Source: Candidatus Woesearchaeota archaeon (GTDB lineage: Archaea > Nanobdellota > Nanobdellia > SCGC-AAA011-G17 > JACPNG01). Taken from it: a stretch of 64,000 bases of DNA. A program made the position numbers and the translations under genes. This document shows, piece after piece, positions 20,303 to 30,309 of the stretch; the stretch's first letter is position 1, and each line of letters opens with the position of its first letter. The notes under the pieces were generated by a model, which saw nothing but the letters and a program-made list of their open reading frames with translations, was not told where the DNA came from and did no database searches. The DNA lies in contig JAFCDT010000002.1 of assembly GCA_017609525.1 (NCBI GenBank), positions 4,885-68,884 of the forward strand. The letters run 5' to 3'.

Positions 20303-20683
20303 ATGGTTACCTTAAACTTTCAAACAAAGAAAAAATATGAAGTTTTAGATATCACCACTGAGGTTGAAAGAGTTCTAGAAGGGGATGGAGTTGTGATGGT
20401 ATTCGTTCCACATGCTACTGCGGCCATTGTTTTAAACGAAAGTGCTGATCCTAAAGTGGGAGAGGATTTGTTGGATGCTTTAAATAAATTGATTCCCGAA
20501 GGAGTTTGGCAACATGACAGAATTGATGATAATGCTGCTGCACACATTAAGGCTTCTATTCTAGGTCCCAGTGAATTGATTCCTTTTAAAGGTGGCAAAT
20601 TAGTGCTGGGAGCTTGGCAGAACATCTTCCTTGTTGATTTGGATGGTCCAAGAAATAGAAAAGTGATTGTTAAAATATTATAG
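20303..20683 (+). CDS. YjbQ/UPF0047 family protein (secondary thiamine-phosphate synthase-like)
   Basis: VMVFVPHATAAIVLNESADPKVGEDLL...DNAAAHIKASILGPSELIPFKGGKLVLGAWQNIFL is the canonical YjbQ fold signature. Confidence 0.75.
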   Translation: MVTLNFQTKKKYEVLDITTEVERVLEGDGVVMVFVPHATAAIVLNESADPKVGEDLLDALNKLIPEGVWQHDRIDDNAAAHIKASILGPSELIPFKGGKLVLGAWQNIFLVDLDGPRNRKVIVKIL

Positions 20684-20720
20684 AAACCTTTTTAAAGAAT
20701 TTTTGTGGGTTTAAAACTAA

Positions 20721-20792
20721 GTCCCGGTAGCTTAATGGTGGAGCACACGGCTGTTAACCGTGCGGTTACAGGTTCGAGTCCTGTCCGGGACG
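20721..20792 (+). tRNA. tRNA-Asn (GTT)
   Basis: Cloverleaf built by hand: acceptor GTCCCGG/CCGGGAC, D arm GCTTAATGGTGGAGC, anticodon stem CACGG/CCGTG with loop CTGTTAA, T arm ACAGGTTCGAGTCCTGT, discriminator G. No encoded CCA. Confidence 0.8.
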
Positions 20793-20795
20793 TAT

Positions 20796-20870
20796 GGGCC
20801 TGTGGCGTAGTCTGGCTAGCGCACCCGACTGATAATCGGGAGGTCCTGTGTTCAAATCACAGCAGGCCCA
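20796..20870 (+). tRNA. tRNA-Ile (GAT)
   Basis: Acceptor GGGCCTG/CAGGCCC, anticodon stem CCCGA/TCGGG with loop CTGATAA, T arm CTGTGTTCAAATCACAG, discriminator A. Lies 3 nt after tRNA-Asn. Confidence 0.8.
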
Positions 20871-20880
20871 TTTTTTCTTA
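20871..20880 (+). terminator. oligo-T archaeal terminator after the tRNA pair
   Basis: TTTTTTCTTATTT immediately 3' of tRNA-Ile. Confidence 0.3.
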
Positions 20881-20919
20881 TTTAGTTAAATTAATAAAAC
20901 ATTAAAAAAGAAGAATCCC

Positions 20920-21177
20920 ATGGAATTCTTACCAATTTTGACTACAATTACTGGAATTGGGATGAGTATTGGTTATTTTACACAAACCTATAAAATTTTT
21001 AAAAGAAAAAGTGCAATAGATGTTTCGTTAGGAACTTACTTATTTTTTGGTGTTGGTGTTATGGTTTGGTTAATCTATGGAATCTCTTTAAATAATTATG
21101 TCTTAATAATTACAAATGTTGTTGCTCTTGTTGGTGCTTTATCAGTTATAATCTCTTATTTTCTAAATAAACATTAA
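20920..21177 (+). CDS. SemiSWEET / PQ-loop (MtN3-like) three-helix membrane protein
   Basis: 85 aa with three predicted TM helices. GYFTQTYKIFKRKSAIDVSLGTY matches the PQ-loop consensus (PQ replaced by TQ), as in bacterial SemiSWEET sugar transporter units. Confidence 0.55.
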   Translation: MEFLPILTTITGIGMSIGYFTQTYKIFKRKSAIDVSLGTYLFFGVGVMVWLIYGISLNNYVLIITNVVALVGALSVIISYFLNKH

Positions 21178-21569
21178 TTTAATTTTTTAAATCTATATCC
21201 ACATCCTTTTGGCCTTGTTACTTCTGGTGTGGGAAATCTTTGACAAAATGCTGGTTTTTTTGAGTAGCCTCTTTCTTTGTGAATAACACATTTCTTGTTT
21301 TCTAAATATGGACATGTTAAACTTATTGTAAATTTCATTAGGTCTTTTGTTAGCCAGGTGATTCTTGAGGCTTCTACATCCTTGTAGCCTTTTTTTATGT
21401 ATCTTTGTATTTCTTTTTGTTTTTTGATTTTTGCTAATTCTTTTATTGATTTTCCGTTTGGTTCTATTGGTATTTCTACCTCCAACGCGAGATCTTTACA
21501 ACATTGACCACAGAGTTTACAGTTTCCTATTCTCTGGAAATTTTTTCCTTTGTGCTTATATATTCTCAT
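21174..21569 (-). CDS. YkgJ-family (UPF0153) putative zinc/iron-chelating Cys-cluster protein
   Basis: CKLCGQCC (CxxCxxCC) near the N-terminus plus downstream C...C...C. 131 aa. Confidence 0.6.
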   Translation of the reverse strand: MRIYKHKGKNFQRIGNCKLCGQCCKDLALEVEIPIEPNGKSIKELAKIKKQKEIQRYIKKGYKDVEASRITWLTKDLMKFTISLTCPYLENKKCVIHKERGYSKKPAFCQRFPTPEVTRPKGCGYRFKKLN

Positions 21570-21607
21570 TGGAATCTTTCCGCGAAAGAAGTAGTATAAA
21601 AAAGTTT

Positions 21608-21940
21608 CTATGATACTTTTGTTCCTTCTGGAATGTCTTTCTCTGGTGTTATTAAAACTACATTATCGTCTCTGCCGACTACTGCCGCCAATAACATTCC
21701 TTCTGATTTTACTCCCCTTAATACTGCTGGTTCAAGATTAGTAAATACAATTATTTTCTTTCCTATTAATTCTTCTTTTTTATAATGACTTTTTATTCCA
21801 GCCACAATGGTTCTTTGCTCATCACCTAAAGATACCTTTAGAACAAAGAGCTTGTCTGCATTTGGATGGTCTTCTGCTTCTAAAATCTTTGCAACCCTAA
21901 AATCAAATTTTTGCCATTCATTAAAATTTATTTTTTCCAT
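21608..21940 (-). CDS. stand-alone tRNA-binding domain protein (Trbp111/CsaA-like; equivalent to the MetRS C-terminal domain)
   Basis: FDFRVAKILEAEDHPNADKLFVLKVSLGDEQRTIVAGIKSHY...GKKIIVFTNLEPAVLRGVKSEGMLLAA is the OB-fold tRNA-binding domain that is normally fused to archaeal/bacterial MetRS. Confidence 0.7.
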   Translation of the reverse strand: MEKINFNEWQKFDFRVAKILEAEDHPNADKLFVLKVSLGDEQRTIVAGIKSHYKKEELIGKKIIVFTNLEPAVLRGVKSEGMLLAAVVGRDDNVVLITPEKDIPEGTKVS

Positions 21941-21942
21941 TT

Positions 21943-22134
21943 TTAACTCCTGTCTTTTATAAAAGCTTCAAAGCTTCTATCATATGTTGCTTCAGCTTCT
22001 TTTGAGAAACAACATGCTGGAAGCTGATTGCTCTTTAGATGATACTTTAAACATTCGCAACAAATTCCTTTTCTTGAACATCCAGGATAGGTGCATGGAC
22101 ACTCTTTTAAATTTTCATCTTTTTTACATCCCAT
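21943..22134 (-). CDS. small 8-Cys protein between the MetRS core and its detached tRNA-binding domain
   Basis: 63 aa, CPCTYPGCSRKGICCECLKYHLKSNQLPACCF. Start 2 nt after the metG stop and stop 3 nt before the next start, so it is operonic. Confidence 0.4.
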   Translation of the reverse strand: MGCKKDENLKECPCTYPGCSRKGICCECLKYHLKSNQLPACCFSKEAEATYDRSFEAFIKDRS

Positions 22135-22135
22135 T

Positions 22136-23593
22136 TTATATTTTTTTAAATAAATGTTCTCCTTTTTTAATTTTTGTTTTTTTAAGTAAATTGGGTTTAC
22201 AATCCTTTAATGTTCCGAGTTGTATATTTAATTGTTTATTTATTTTTTCTGAGGTTTCTGGTATAAAGGGGTGTAATAAAATTGATATAATTCTCAATGA
22301 GTCTGCTAAGGTATAAAGTATTTTTTCTAATTCTTTTTTATCTTTGATTTCCCATGGCTTTTTGTCGTTAATGTATTTATTACATTTATTAACAAATTTC
22401 CATATTTCTGCTAGTGCCTTATCTAGTTCATAGTTTTGCATTAGTTTGTCTATTTTTTCTATATCAAAAGTTAATTCTGATTTTGATTCTGGAATCTCTG
22501 AATTAAAATTCTTTTCAATTAGCGTTAAGGTTCTTGATAATAAATTACCTAAGTCATTTGCTAATTCGTTATTATTCCTGTTGATTAAAGATTTTTCTGA
22601 AAAGTCTCCATCCTCTCCATGGGGAATGTCCCTTATGATTGCATACCTTATTGGATCTATTTCATATTTATCAATTAAGAAAATTGGATCTATTACATTG
22701 CCTAAGCTTTTACTTATTTTTTTTCCATTTAAGGTTATATAACCGTGCACATAAACTGTTTTAGGTAATGGAATTCCTGCTGACATTAGCATTGCTGGCC
22801 ATATGATTGTATGAAACCAGTTAATTCCTTTTCCAATGTAATGGCAATCTGCTGGCCAGAATTCCTTATAGGGTTTTTCATCTGGATAACCTAATGCAGA
22901 AACATAGTTAATCAGGGCATCAAACCAAACATAAATTTTATGTTTTTTGTCTATTGGGGTTGTGATTCCCCAGTCCAGATTTGTTCTTGAAACACTTAAA
23001 TCTTTAAGACCTTCTGATTTTAATCGAGATATCATCTCGTTTCTTCTTTTTTGGGGCAGAATAAATGTGTTGGTTTCTATGAGTTTTAAGACTTTATCTT
23101 GGTATTTGGATAATTTAAAGAAATAACTTTCTTCTTTTAACCACTCTGGTTCTTTGTTATGTTCTGGGCATTTTCCATCTACTAATTCTTTTTCTGTTAT
23201 AAATGCTTCACAACCTTGACAGTAATAGCCTTCATAATTTCCTTTGTATATATCTCCTTTGTCAAAAACTTTTTTGAATATTTCTTGAGCAACTTTGGTG
23301 TGTCTTGCTTGAGTTGTTCTAATAAAATCATCATTAGAAAGGTTTAGTTTTTTGCATAATTCTTCAAATAATTTTGAGTTTTGATCTACGAACTTTTTTG
23401 TTTCTATCTTAGCTTCTTTTGCTGCCTGCTCGTTTTTTTGAGCATTTTCATCTGTTCCTGTCAAAAAATAAACTTTTTCTCCTTTAAGCCTGTGCCATCT
23501 AGCTATAACATCTGCACAAATTTTTTCATATGCGTGCCCAATGTGTGGGGGGGCATTGACATAGTCAATTGCTGTTGTTATGTAAAATTTCAT
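22136..23593 (-). CDS. metG: methionyl-tRNA synthetase catalytic core (lacks the fused C-terminal tRNA-binding domain)
   Basis: PPHIGHAYEKICADVIARW (HIGH), Zn knuckle region CQGCEAF...CPEH, KISKSLGN (KMSKS), anticodon-binding helical domain. 485 aa. Confidence 0.85.
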   Translation of the reverse strand: MKFYITTAIDYVNAPPHIGHAYEKICADVIARWHRLKGEKVYFLTGTDENAQKNEQAAKEAKIETKKFVDQNSKLFEELCKKLNLSNDDFIRTTQARHTKVAQEIFKKVFDKGDIYKGNYEGYYCQGCEAFITEKELVDGKCPEHNKEPEWLKEESYFFKLSKYQDKVLKLIETNTFILPQKRRNEMISRLKSEGLKDLSVSRTNLDWGITTPIDKKHKIYVWFDALINYVSALGYPDEKPYKEFWPADCHYIGKGINWFHTIIWPAMLMSAGIPLPKTVYVHGYITLNGKKISKSLGNVIDPIFLIDKYEIDPIRYAIIRDIPHGEDGDFSEKSLINRNNNELANDLGNLLSRTLTLIEKNFNSEIPESKSELTFDIEKIDKLMQNYELDKALAEIWKFVNKCNKYINDKKPWEIKDKKELEKILYTLADSLRIISILLHPFIPETSEKINKQLNIQLGTLKDCKPNLLKKTKIKKGEHLFKKI

Positions 23594-23644
23594 AGAGTTG
23601 AGCTAGAATAAATTTATTTAAAGGTTTTGATAGGTTTTAGGAAT

Positions 23645-23671
23645 ATAATTATTCTTAAAAGAATAAAGAAG
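23645..23671 (-). terminator. putative hairpin plus T-run terminator for the minus-strand tRNA-Glu/Val pair
   Basis: TTATTCTTAAAAGAATAA inverted repeat followed (minus-strand sense) by an oligo-T run immediately 3' of tRNA-Val. Confidence 0.25.
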
Positions 23672-23743
23672 TGGGCCCGGTGAGAATCGAACTCACTACC
23701 TTTACCGTGTGAGGGTAATGTCATACCAATAGACCACGGGCCC
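23672..23743 (-). tRNA. tRNA-Val (CAC)
   Basis: Reverse complement folds as acceptor GGGCCCG/CGGGCCC, anticodon stem TTACC/GGTAA with loop CTCACAC, T arm GTGAGTTCGATTCTCAC, discriminator A. Confidence 0.75.
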
Positions 23744-23745
23744 AA

Positions 23746-24883
<1,138 letters not shown>

Positions 24884-24886
<3 letters not shown>

Positions 24887-24956
24887 CCCCGGGAGGATTT
24901 GAACCTCCGTCCACAGATCCAGAGTCTGTAATGCTTGACCGCTACACCACAGGGCT
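24884..24956 (-). tRNA. tRNA-Gln (CTG)
   Basis: Reverse complement: A1:U72 acceptor AGCCCTG/CGGGGCT, anticodon stem ACAGA/TCTGT with loop CTCTGGA, T arm GGAGGTTCAAATCCTCC. The 3' end overlaps the gmd TAG stop codon. Confidence 0.7.
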
Positions 24957-25011
24957 TTAAATCACTTAAATTCAATAAGTTATTTAAATTTATCTTCCAT
25001 TCTAATAAATT

Positions 25012-25524
25012 ATGACAAAAGCTACTATTGTTAAAAAAGAAAAAAGAAAACCCAATCTTGCTGAGACAAAAGACTCTTGGTGGTTGGGGGAACTTGATTT
25101 AGCTAGACGTTTATTAAGAAGGTATAGGCGGGAAATAAAAACGCTGGAGGGAATTCCAGAAATAAGAGATGGTTTAAATGGGAATGATTTGGGGCTCTTA
25201 TTAAGTAGGGATACAAAAAAGATATATGCTTCTATTAAAATTGAACTAATTCCTTTAATCATAGATTTATTTCTTGGAGAAAGAGAAAAGGATTACAAGA
25301 TGCATCCGGGAACTGAGTCGTGCGAAAATCCAGACCACATTCGTGTTAAATGTAGCCGTAAAGGGGGAATCACGGCTTATTATTGGCCAGATGTTCTTCT
25401 TCATATATTGACTGTAAAGAAAAAAAACGTAAAGGGGGGGTATTGTTTAGAAGATTTTTGTTCTATAAATATAGAAAAAAGAAAAGGGAGAAATGACTGG
25501 TATGGAAGAAATCATTGGGTTTAG
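25012..25524 (+). CDS. hypothetical protein (basic N-terminus, His/Cys-containing C-terminal half)
   Basis: 170-aa ORF, no recognisable family. Confidence 0.35.
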   Translation: MTKATIVKKEKRKPNLAETKDSWWLGELDLARRLLRRYRREIKTLEGIPEIRDGLNGNDLGLLLSRDTKKIYASIKIELIPLIIDLFLGEREKDYKMHPGTESCENPDHIRVKCSRKGGITAYYWPDVLLHILTVKKKNVKGGYCLEDFCSINIEKRKGRNDWYGRNHWV

Positions 25525-26284
25525 TAAAGATTTAATTAGAAAGTTAATAAATAAAAAAAATATTTATCTTGTAAGTAAAGGGAATAAAGCAATAAAAATT
25601 ATTTCTAGAAAATTTAAAGATAAAACTTTCTTAATTCAAGATCAAGGAGGATGGATAACTTACTATCAATATCCTAAAAAGATTAAAAGATTAAAAACAG
25701 ATTATGGTGTTGTTGATGTTAACGATTTAAAGAAAAAGGTTAATAGTAATTCTGTTTTATTGATCAATAGTTTAACCGGATATTTTTCAGAGCAACCAAT
25801 GAAAGAAATTTATAATATTTGTAAAAAGAAAAAATGTTTAGTTATTAACGATGTTTCTGGGAGTATTGGTCTGGAAATTTCCAAAATAGGGGACATTATT
25901 CTTGGCAGCTTTGGTAAATGGAAAGTTATCGAGTTGGGCTATGGAGGGTTTATTGCCAGTAATGAGAATTTAAATATAAAAGAAGATTTTAAGGGAGATT
26001 ATAAAAAATTAAATGAACAATTAAAAAATATTAAAAAAAGATGGAAAGGATTTGATAGGTTAAACAAAAAAGTTAAGAATAACTTAAAGGAGCATGATAT
26101 AATTCATAAAAGTAAAAGAGGAATTAATGTTGTTGTTAGATTCCATAATAAAAAAGAAAAAGAAGAAATAATAAAATATTGTGAAAGTAATAATTATGAA
26201 TATACCTTATGTCCCAGATACATAAGAGTTAATTGTGATGCAATAAGTATTGAATTAAAAAGAAAAGATTTAAATAAAAAATAG
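25493..26284 (+). CDS. compact DegT/DnrJ/EryC1-family PLP-dependent sugar aminotransferase-like protein
   Basis: LVINDVSGSIG...GDIILGSFGKWKVIELGYGGFIAS matches the DegT active-site region (SF-x-x-K PLP lysine, GEGG-like). Lies downstream of gmd, consistent with GDP-4-keto-6-deoxymannose amination. Only 263 aa. Confidence 0.5.
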   Translation: MTGMEEIIGFSKDLIRKLINKKNIYLVSKGNKAIKIISRKFKDKTFLIQDQGGWITYYQYPKKIKRLKTDYGVVDVNDLKKKVNSNSVLLINSLTGYFSEQPMKEIYNICKKKKCLVINDVSGSIGLEISKIGDIILGSFGKWKVIELGYGGFIASNENLNIKEDFKGDYKKLNEQLKNIKKRWKGFDRLNKKVKNNLKEHDIIHKSKRGINVVVRFHNKKEKEEIIKYCESNNYEYTLCPRYIRVNCDAISIELKRKDLNKK

Positions 26285-26285
26285 A

Positions 26286-26714
26286 TTGCTTAGTAATAAA
26301 ATGTTAAAAGAACCAGAATCAATAGAGGAATGTGTATACTTTACTAGAAGGCTTATTGGGGAAGGCAAAGTTGTAGCGTGGGTTTTCAAGGCAAAGTGTA
26401 AAAAATGTGGCGAAGGGTTAATGGGTAAGCCCAAAGATCCTAAAACTGGAAAACCTAAAATAAGAGCTACTGAGTATGTGTGCCCAAGCTGTGGAAATGT
26501 TGAAGAAAAAAAAGAGTATGAAGAAAGATTAACTGTTAATATTAAATATAAATGTCCTCACTGTAGTTTTGAAGGAGAAATACAAATACCATTTAAAAGA
26601 AAAAAAGTTTCTAGAATTAATGAAGAAACTGGAAAAAGAGAAAGTGTGGATGCTTTAAGATTTCAATGCAATAAATGTGAAAAGAATATAGATATAACAA
26701 AAAAGATGAAATGA
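26286..26714 (+). CDS. zinc-ribbon protein (three CxxC pairs), function unknown
   Basis: CKKCG...CPSCG...CPHC...CNKC. 142 aa. Confidence 0.4.
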   Translation: MLSNKMLKEPESIEECVYFTRRLIGEGKVVAWVFKAKCKKCGEGLMGKPKDPKTGKPKIRATEYVCPSCGNVEEKKEYEERLTVNIKYKCPHCSFEGEIQIPFKRKKVSRINEETGKRESVDALRFQCNKCEKNIDITKKMK

Positions 26715-26927
26715 TTAACTTTTGTGGGCTAATTTAATGTCTATATCTTTTATTGTTTTTCTTCCAGAATGATTGGCTAATCTAACTGCTTTCTCGCCAA
26801 TTTCTTGTCCAATTTCTTCAAGAATATCTCTTAAAGCTTCTTTTGCACTATTGCTTACTCTTACTGCACTGGATTTTTTCTTTAAAAGGTGCTCCATTGC
26901 AGCCAAGGGCAAAATTCTTTTTGACAT
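26715..26927 (-). CDS. archaeal histone (HMf-type histone fold)
   Basis: 70 aa, LPLAAMEHLLKK...RVSNSAKEALRDILEEIGQEIGEKAVRLANHSGRKTIKDIDIKLA aligns with the HMfA/B histone fold including the RKTI L2 loop. Confidence 0.85.
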   Translation of the reverse strand: MSKRILPLAAMEHLLKKKSSAVRVSNSAKEALRDILEEIGQEIGEKAVRLANHSGRKTIKDIDIKLAHKS

Positions 26928-27039
26928 TTTAAATCACTTAAAACAGGAATATAACTAAAATATAAAAAGATTTCTGTTTTTTAAGGTATTTTTGGGGTTT
27001 TTTCTTTAAAAAAAGGGTTTTATGTGGATAATTTTAAAA

Positions 27040-27189
27040 ACAAAAAGCTTTATAAATAAGTTAATAAAAAGGAAAAATACCCTACTGATTATTTTAAAAT
27101 AGCCTTAGGCTATTAACAAGAAACAGCCGCTGATTCTAAAGGCGAGCGCAAGTTGACGTCTTTAACTTGCTACTTCTCGAAAGAGAAGT
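27040..27189 (+). promoter_or_regulatory. promoter (TATA CTTTATAAATAAG around 27048) and structured roughly 100-nt leader of the ribosomal L3 operon
   Basis: TATA-like box, then two hairpins in the leader: GCAAGTT-GACGTCTTT-AACTTGC (7 bp) and CTTCTC-GAAA-GAGAAG (6 bp, GNRA loop) ending 4 nt before the L3 ATG. Confidence 0.3.
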
Positions 27190-28152
27190 ATGGATACAGT
27201 CAAAATGGCAAAGAAGCATGCACCTAGAAGAGGAAGTTGGCAGTTTTGGCCTAGAAAGAGGAGTAAAAAATCAACCCCCAGGATAAGAAGCTGGTTTAAA
27301 CCTCAAGAGCCTAAAATTGCTGGATTTGCTGGCTACAAAGCTGGAATGACTCATATAGAGATGAAAGATAATCCAAAATCCCCAAATAAAGATAATTTTA
27401 AGATCACACCGGTGACAGTTATTGAGTGTCCGCCACTCAAGGTCATTGGTCTAAGGTTTTATAAAAAACACAATAAAAATCTTGTTTCTTTTTCTCATCT
27501 TCTTTCTTCAAACGTCGATAAGGAGCTACTGAGAAGAACAAAGTTAGGTAAATCAGAAGAGCCCCAAGAGTTTGATGAAGTAAGGTTATTAGTTCATACT
27601 CAACCAAAATTAACAGGTATTGGCAAGAAAAAGCCAGAATTATTTGAAATTGGGCTGGGTGGAAATAAAAAAGAAGCTTTAGAATTGGGTAAAAGTTATC
27701 TTGGCAAGGAGCTTACTATCAACGATGTTTTTAAGGAAGGCCAATTTTTAGATCTACATGGCATAACTAAAGGAAAGGGTTTTCAAGGAACTGTTAAGAG
27801 GTTTGGTGTAATAATTAGGCAACATAAATCTGAAAAAACTAAGAGGGGAATTGGAAATTTGGGTTCATGGACTCCTAAAAGGGTGCAGTATACTGTTCCT
27901 CAGCCAGGCAAGATGGGTTATCATCTTAGAACAGAATATAATAAATGGAATTTGATGATAGGGGATAATCCTGAAGATATAAACCCAAAAGGCGGATTTT
28001 TGCATTATGGGTTGGTTAAAAACAACTATTTATTACTAAAAGGCTCTGTACCAGGTCCTGCAAAAAGACTTGTCATATTAACAAATGCAAGAAGGTCTCA
28101 CAAAAGCCATCCAATAGAATTGAAGTATATCAGTAAGGAAAGTAAACAATGA
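27190..28152 (+). CDS. rpl3: ribosomal protein uL3
   Basis: FAGYKAGMTHIE... W-rich N-terminus. First gene of the archaeal L3-L4-L23-L2 cluster. Confidence 0.9.
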   Translation: MDTVKMAKKHAPRRGSWQFWPRKRSKKSTPRIRSWFKPQEPKIAGFAGYKAGMTHIEMKDNPKSPNKDNFKITPVTVIECPPLKVIGLRFYKKHNKNLVSFSHLLSSNVDKELLRRTKLGKSEEPQEFDEVRLLVHTQPKLTGIGKKKPELFEIGLGGNKKEALELGKSYLGKELTINDVFKEGQFLDLHGITKGKGFQGTVKRFGVIIRQHKSEKTKRGIGNLGSWTPKRVQYTVPQPGKMGYHLRTEYNKWNLMIGDNPEDINPKGGFLHYGLVKNNYLLLKGSVPGPAKRLVILTNARRSHKSHPIELKYISKESKQ

Positions 28153-28961
28153 ATATAATAAATTTAGATGGGACTAAAGGAAAGAGTTTTAATTTCCCTA
28201 GTCAGTTTAATGAAGAAATAAGGCCTGATTTAATTAAAAGGGCTGTTTTAGTTATTCAGAAGAATAAAAGACAGAGATATGGTGCCAAGCCTGATGCAGG
28301 AATGAGGGCTAGTGCAAAGGTATCAAGAAGGAGAAGAAAATATAGAGGAGCTTATGGGAGGGGTATTTCCAGGGTTCCCAGGAAAGTAGTATTAAAAAGA
28401 GGAACAAACATAATTTTTACTGCGGCATTTGCTCCAGGCACTGTTTCTGGTAGAAGAGCACATCCTCCTAAAGCTGAAAAAGAACTTGGAAGCAAGATAA
28501 ACATTAAAGAAAGAAGAAAGGCAATAAGATCTGCATTAGCTGCTACAAAAGATAAAGAATTAGTTAAAAAGAGAGGTCATTTGTTTAAAGAATATCCTTT
28601 GGTTGTTGATTCTAAGATTGAATCATTAAAGAAAACAAAAGATGTTAAAGATTTATTGTTAAAATTAGGATTAGAAAAAGAACTAGAAAGAATCGAAGAT
28701 AAAAAAGTCAGAAGCAAAAAAATCCGAAGCAGGGGGAGAAAATACAAAATAAAAAAAGGGCCTTTGATTGTAACTAGCAATGATTGCGATTTAATTAAGG
28801 CTGGAACCAACATACAAGGAGTTGATATTGTTAAGGTTGATTTGCTTAATACTGAATTGTTGGCTCCTGGAACTCATCCTGGAAGACTCACCATCTATAG
28901 TGAAAAAGCACTTGAAAGGATGGAAAAAGAAAAATTGTTTTTTGATAAAAAGAAAAAATGA
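28149..28961 (+). CDS. rpl4: ribosomal protein uL4
   Basis: Archaeal L4/L1e family, RYGAKPDAGMRASAKVSRRRRKYRG. Confidence 0.9.
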   Translation: MNIINLDGTKGKSFNFPSQFNEEIRPDLIKRAVLVIQKNKRQRYGAKPDAGMRASAKVSRRRRKYRGAYGRGISRVPRKVVLKRGTNIIFTAAFAPGTVSGRRAHPPKAEKELGSKINIKERRKAIRSALAATKDKELVKKRGHLFKEYPLVVDSKIESLKKTKDVKDLLLKLGLEKELERIEDKKVRSKKIRSRGRKYKIKKGPLIVTSNDCDLIKAGTNIQGVDIVKVDLLNTELLAPGTHPGRLTIYSEKALERMEKEKLFFDKKKK

Positions 28962-29203
28962 AAGGATATCCATTAACTACTGAAAAATCTGTAAGACTAA
29001 TGCAGTCGGAGAACAAATTAACATTCATCTTTGATAAAAGAATGAGTAAAGAAGAAATAAAAAAAGAGGTAGAAAAAGAATTTAAGGTTAAGGTGAAAAA
29101 AATCACTACAACCATTTTGCCTAATAATAAAAAAAAGGCTTTTTTGAAGCTTGACGAATCAACTCCTGCAATGGATGTAGCAACTCAGCTAGGGTTAATG
29201 TAA
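28958..29203 (+). CDS. rpl23: ribosomal protein uL23
   Basis: 81 aa, conserved position and fold signature (KLTFIFDKRMSKEEIKKEVEKEFKVKV). Confidence 0.85.
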   Translation: MKGYPLTTEKSVRLMQSENKLTFIFDKRMSKEEIKKEVEKEFKVKVKKITTTILPNNKKKAFLKLDESTPAMDVATQLGLM

Positions 29204-29204
29204 G

Positions 29205-29912
29205 ATGGGTAAATTAATTATAACACAAAGACGGGGAAAGGGAAGCTCAACTTATAGAGCTAGCGGACACAGGAATAAAGGCAGGATCAAGAATAAAAGT
29301 TTTGGCACAAAAAAAGAAAAAGGAGTTATAAAAGATATTGTTAATAGCAGAGGACATTCTGCACCCTTACTAGAAATATCTTATGAAAAAGAAAAGGTAT
29401 TAATCCCTGCTTCTTACGGATTGAAGGTCGGGGATGAAGTTTTAAGTGGTGAAAATATAGATGTGAATGTGGGAAATACATTGCCTTTAAAGAATATTCC
29501 TGAAGGAACACAGATTTATAATATTGAAGCTAAACCCGGAAAATCTGCATTTTGCAGATCTGCAGGAACTTTTGCAAAAGTAATTGCGAAATTTCCAGAC
29601 AGGGTTGTTATAAATCTTCCATCAAAGAAGAAAAAAAGTTTAAATCCAGAGTGCAGGGCTACTATTGGAATTGTAGCTGGAGGGGGAAGGAAAGAAAAAC
29701 CTTTTGTTAAAGCTGGAAAAAGGCATCATGCTATGAGAGCAAAAGGCAAACTTTATCCAAGAACAAGTGGAGTTGCAATGAACGCTGTTGATCATCCATT
29801 TGGATCTGGTAGGGGAAGACATATTGGTAAACCTAAAACAGCACCTAGACATGCTCCACCTGGAAGAAATGTTGGTTTAATAAAAGCAAGGAGAACTGGA
29901 AAGAAAAAGTAA
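29205..29912 (+). CDS. rpl2: ribosomal protein uL2
   Basis: [43 protein letters not shown]. Confidence 0.9.
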   Translation: MGKLIITQRRGKGSSTYRASGHRNKGRIKNKSFGTKKEKGVIKDIVNSRGHSAPLLEISYEKEKVLIPASYGLKVGDEVLSGENIDVNVGNTLPLKNIPEGTQIYNIEAKPGKSAFCRSAGTFAKVIAKFPDRVVINLPSKKKKSLNPECRATIGIVAGGGRKEKPFVKAGKRHHAMRAKGKLYPRTSGVAMNAVDHPFGSGRGRHIGKPKTAPRHAPPGRNVGLIKARRTGKKK

Positions 29913-29913
29913 A

Positions 29914-30309
29914 ATGGCAAAAGAATTCACGCTTGGAGGAAAAACACTTGAAGAATTAAAACAAATGAGTATTAAAGATTTTGCTAAATTAATACCTGCA
30001 AGACAAAGAAGGTCTATAAGCAGAGGATTTACTGATGCGCAAAAAGTTTTGTTAGCTAAAATTAGAGCTACTAATAAAGGAACCTATAAAAAACCAATCA
30101 AAACTCATTGTAGAAATATGATTATTCTGCCTGAGATGGTTGGTTTAACCATTCATATTCATAGAGGAAAAGATTTTGTTCCAATAAATATTGTTCCTGA
30201 AATGTTGGGACATTATCTTGGAGAATTTAGTTTAACAAGAGGAAAGGTTGCACATTCTGCTCCGGGCGTAGGAGCAACTAAATCAAGTGCAGCAGTTAAG
30301 GTCAAATGA
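29914..30309 (+). CDS. rps19: ribosomal protein uS19
   Basis: [42 protein letters not shown]. Confidence 0.85.
   Translation: MAKEFTLGGKTLEELKQMSIKDFAKLIPARQRRSISRGFTDAQKVLLAKIRATNKGTYKKPIKTHCRNMIILPEMVGLTIHIHRGKDFVPINIVPEMLGHYLGEFSLTRGKVAHSAPGVGATKSSAAVKVK

Noticed and set aside
25002-25262. 86-aa minus-strand ORF overlapping hypothetical gene 25012-25524
   Set aside because: Strongly hydrophobic low-complexity translation with no start context. The plus-strand ORF is longer and co-directional with the gmd/DegT block, but neither has homology support, so this is a low-confidence call.
28577-29115. Minus-strand ORFs inside the L4/L23 genes
   Set aside because: Antisense to highly conserved ribosomal protein genes. 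Low-complexity translations.
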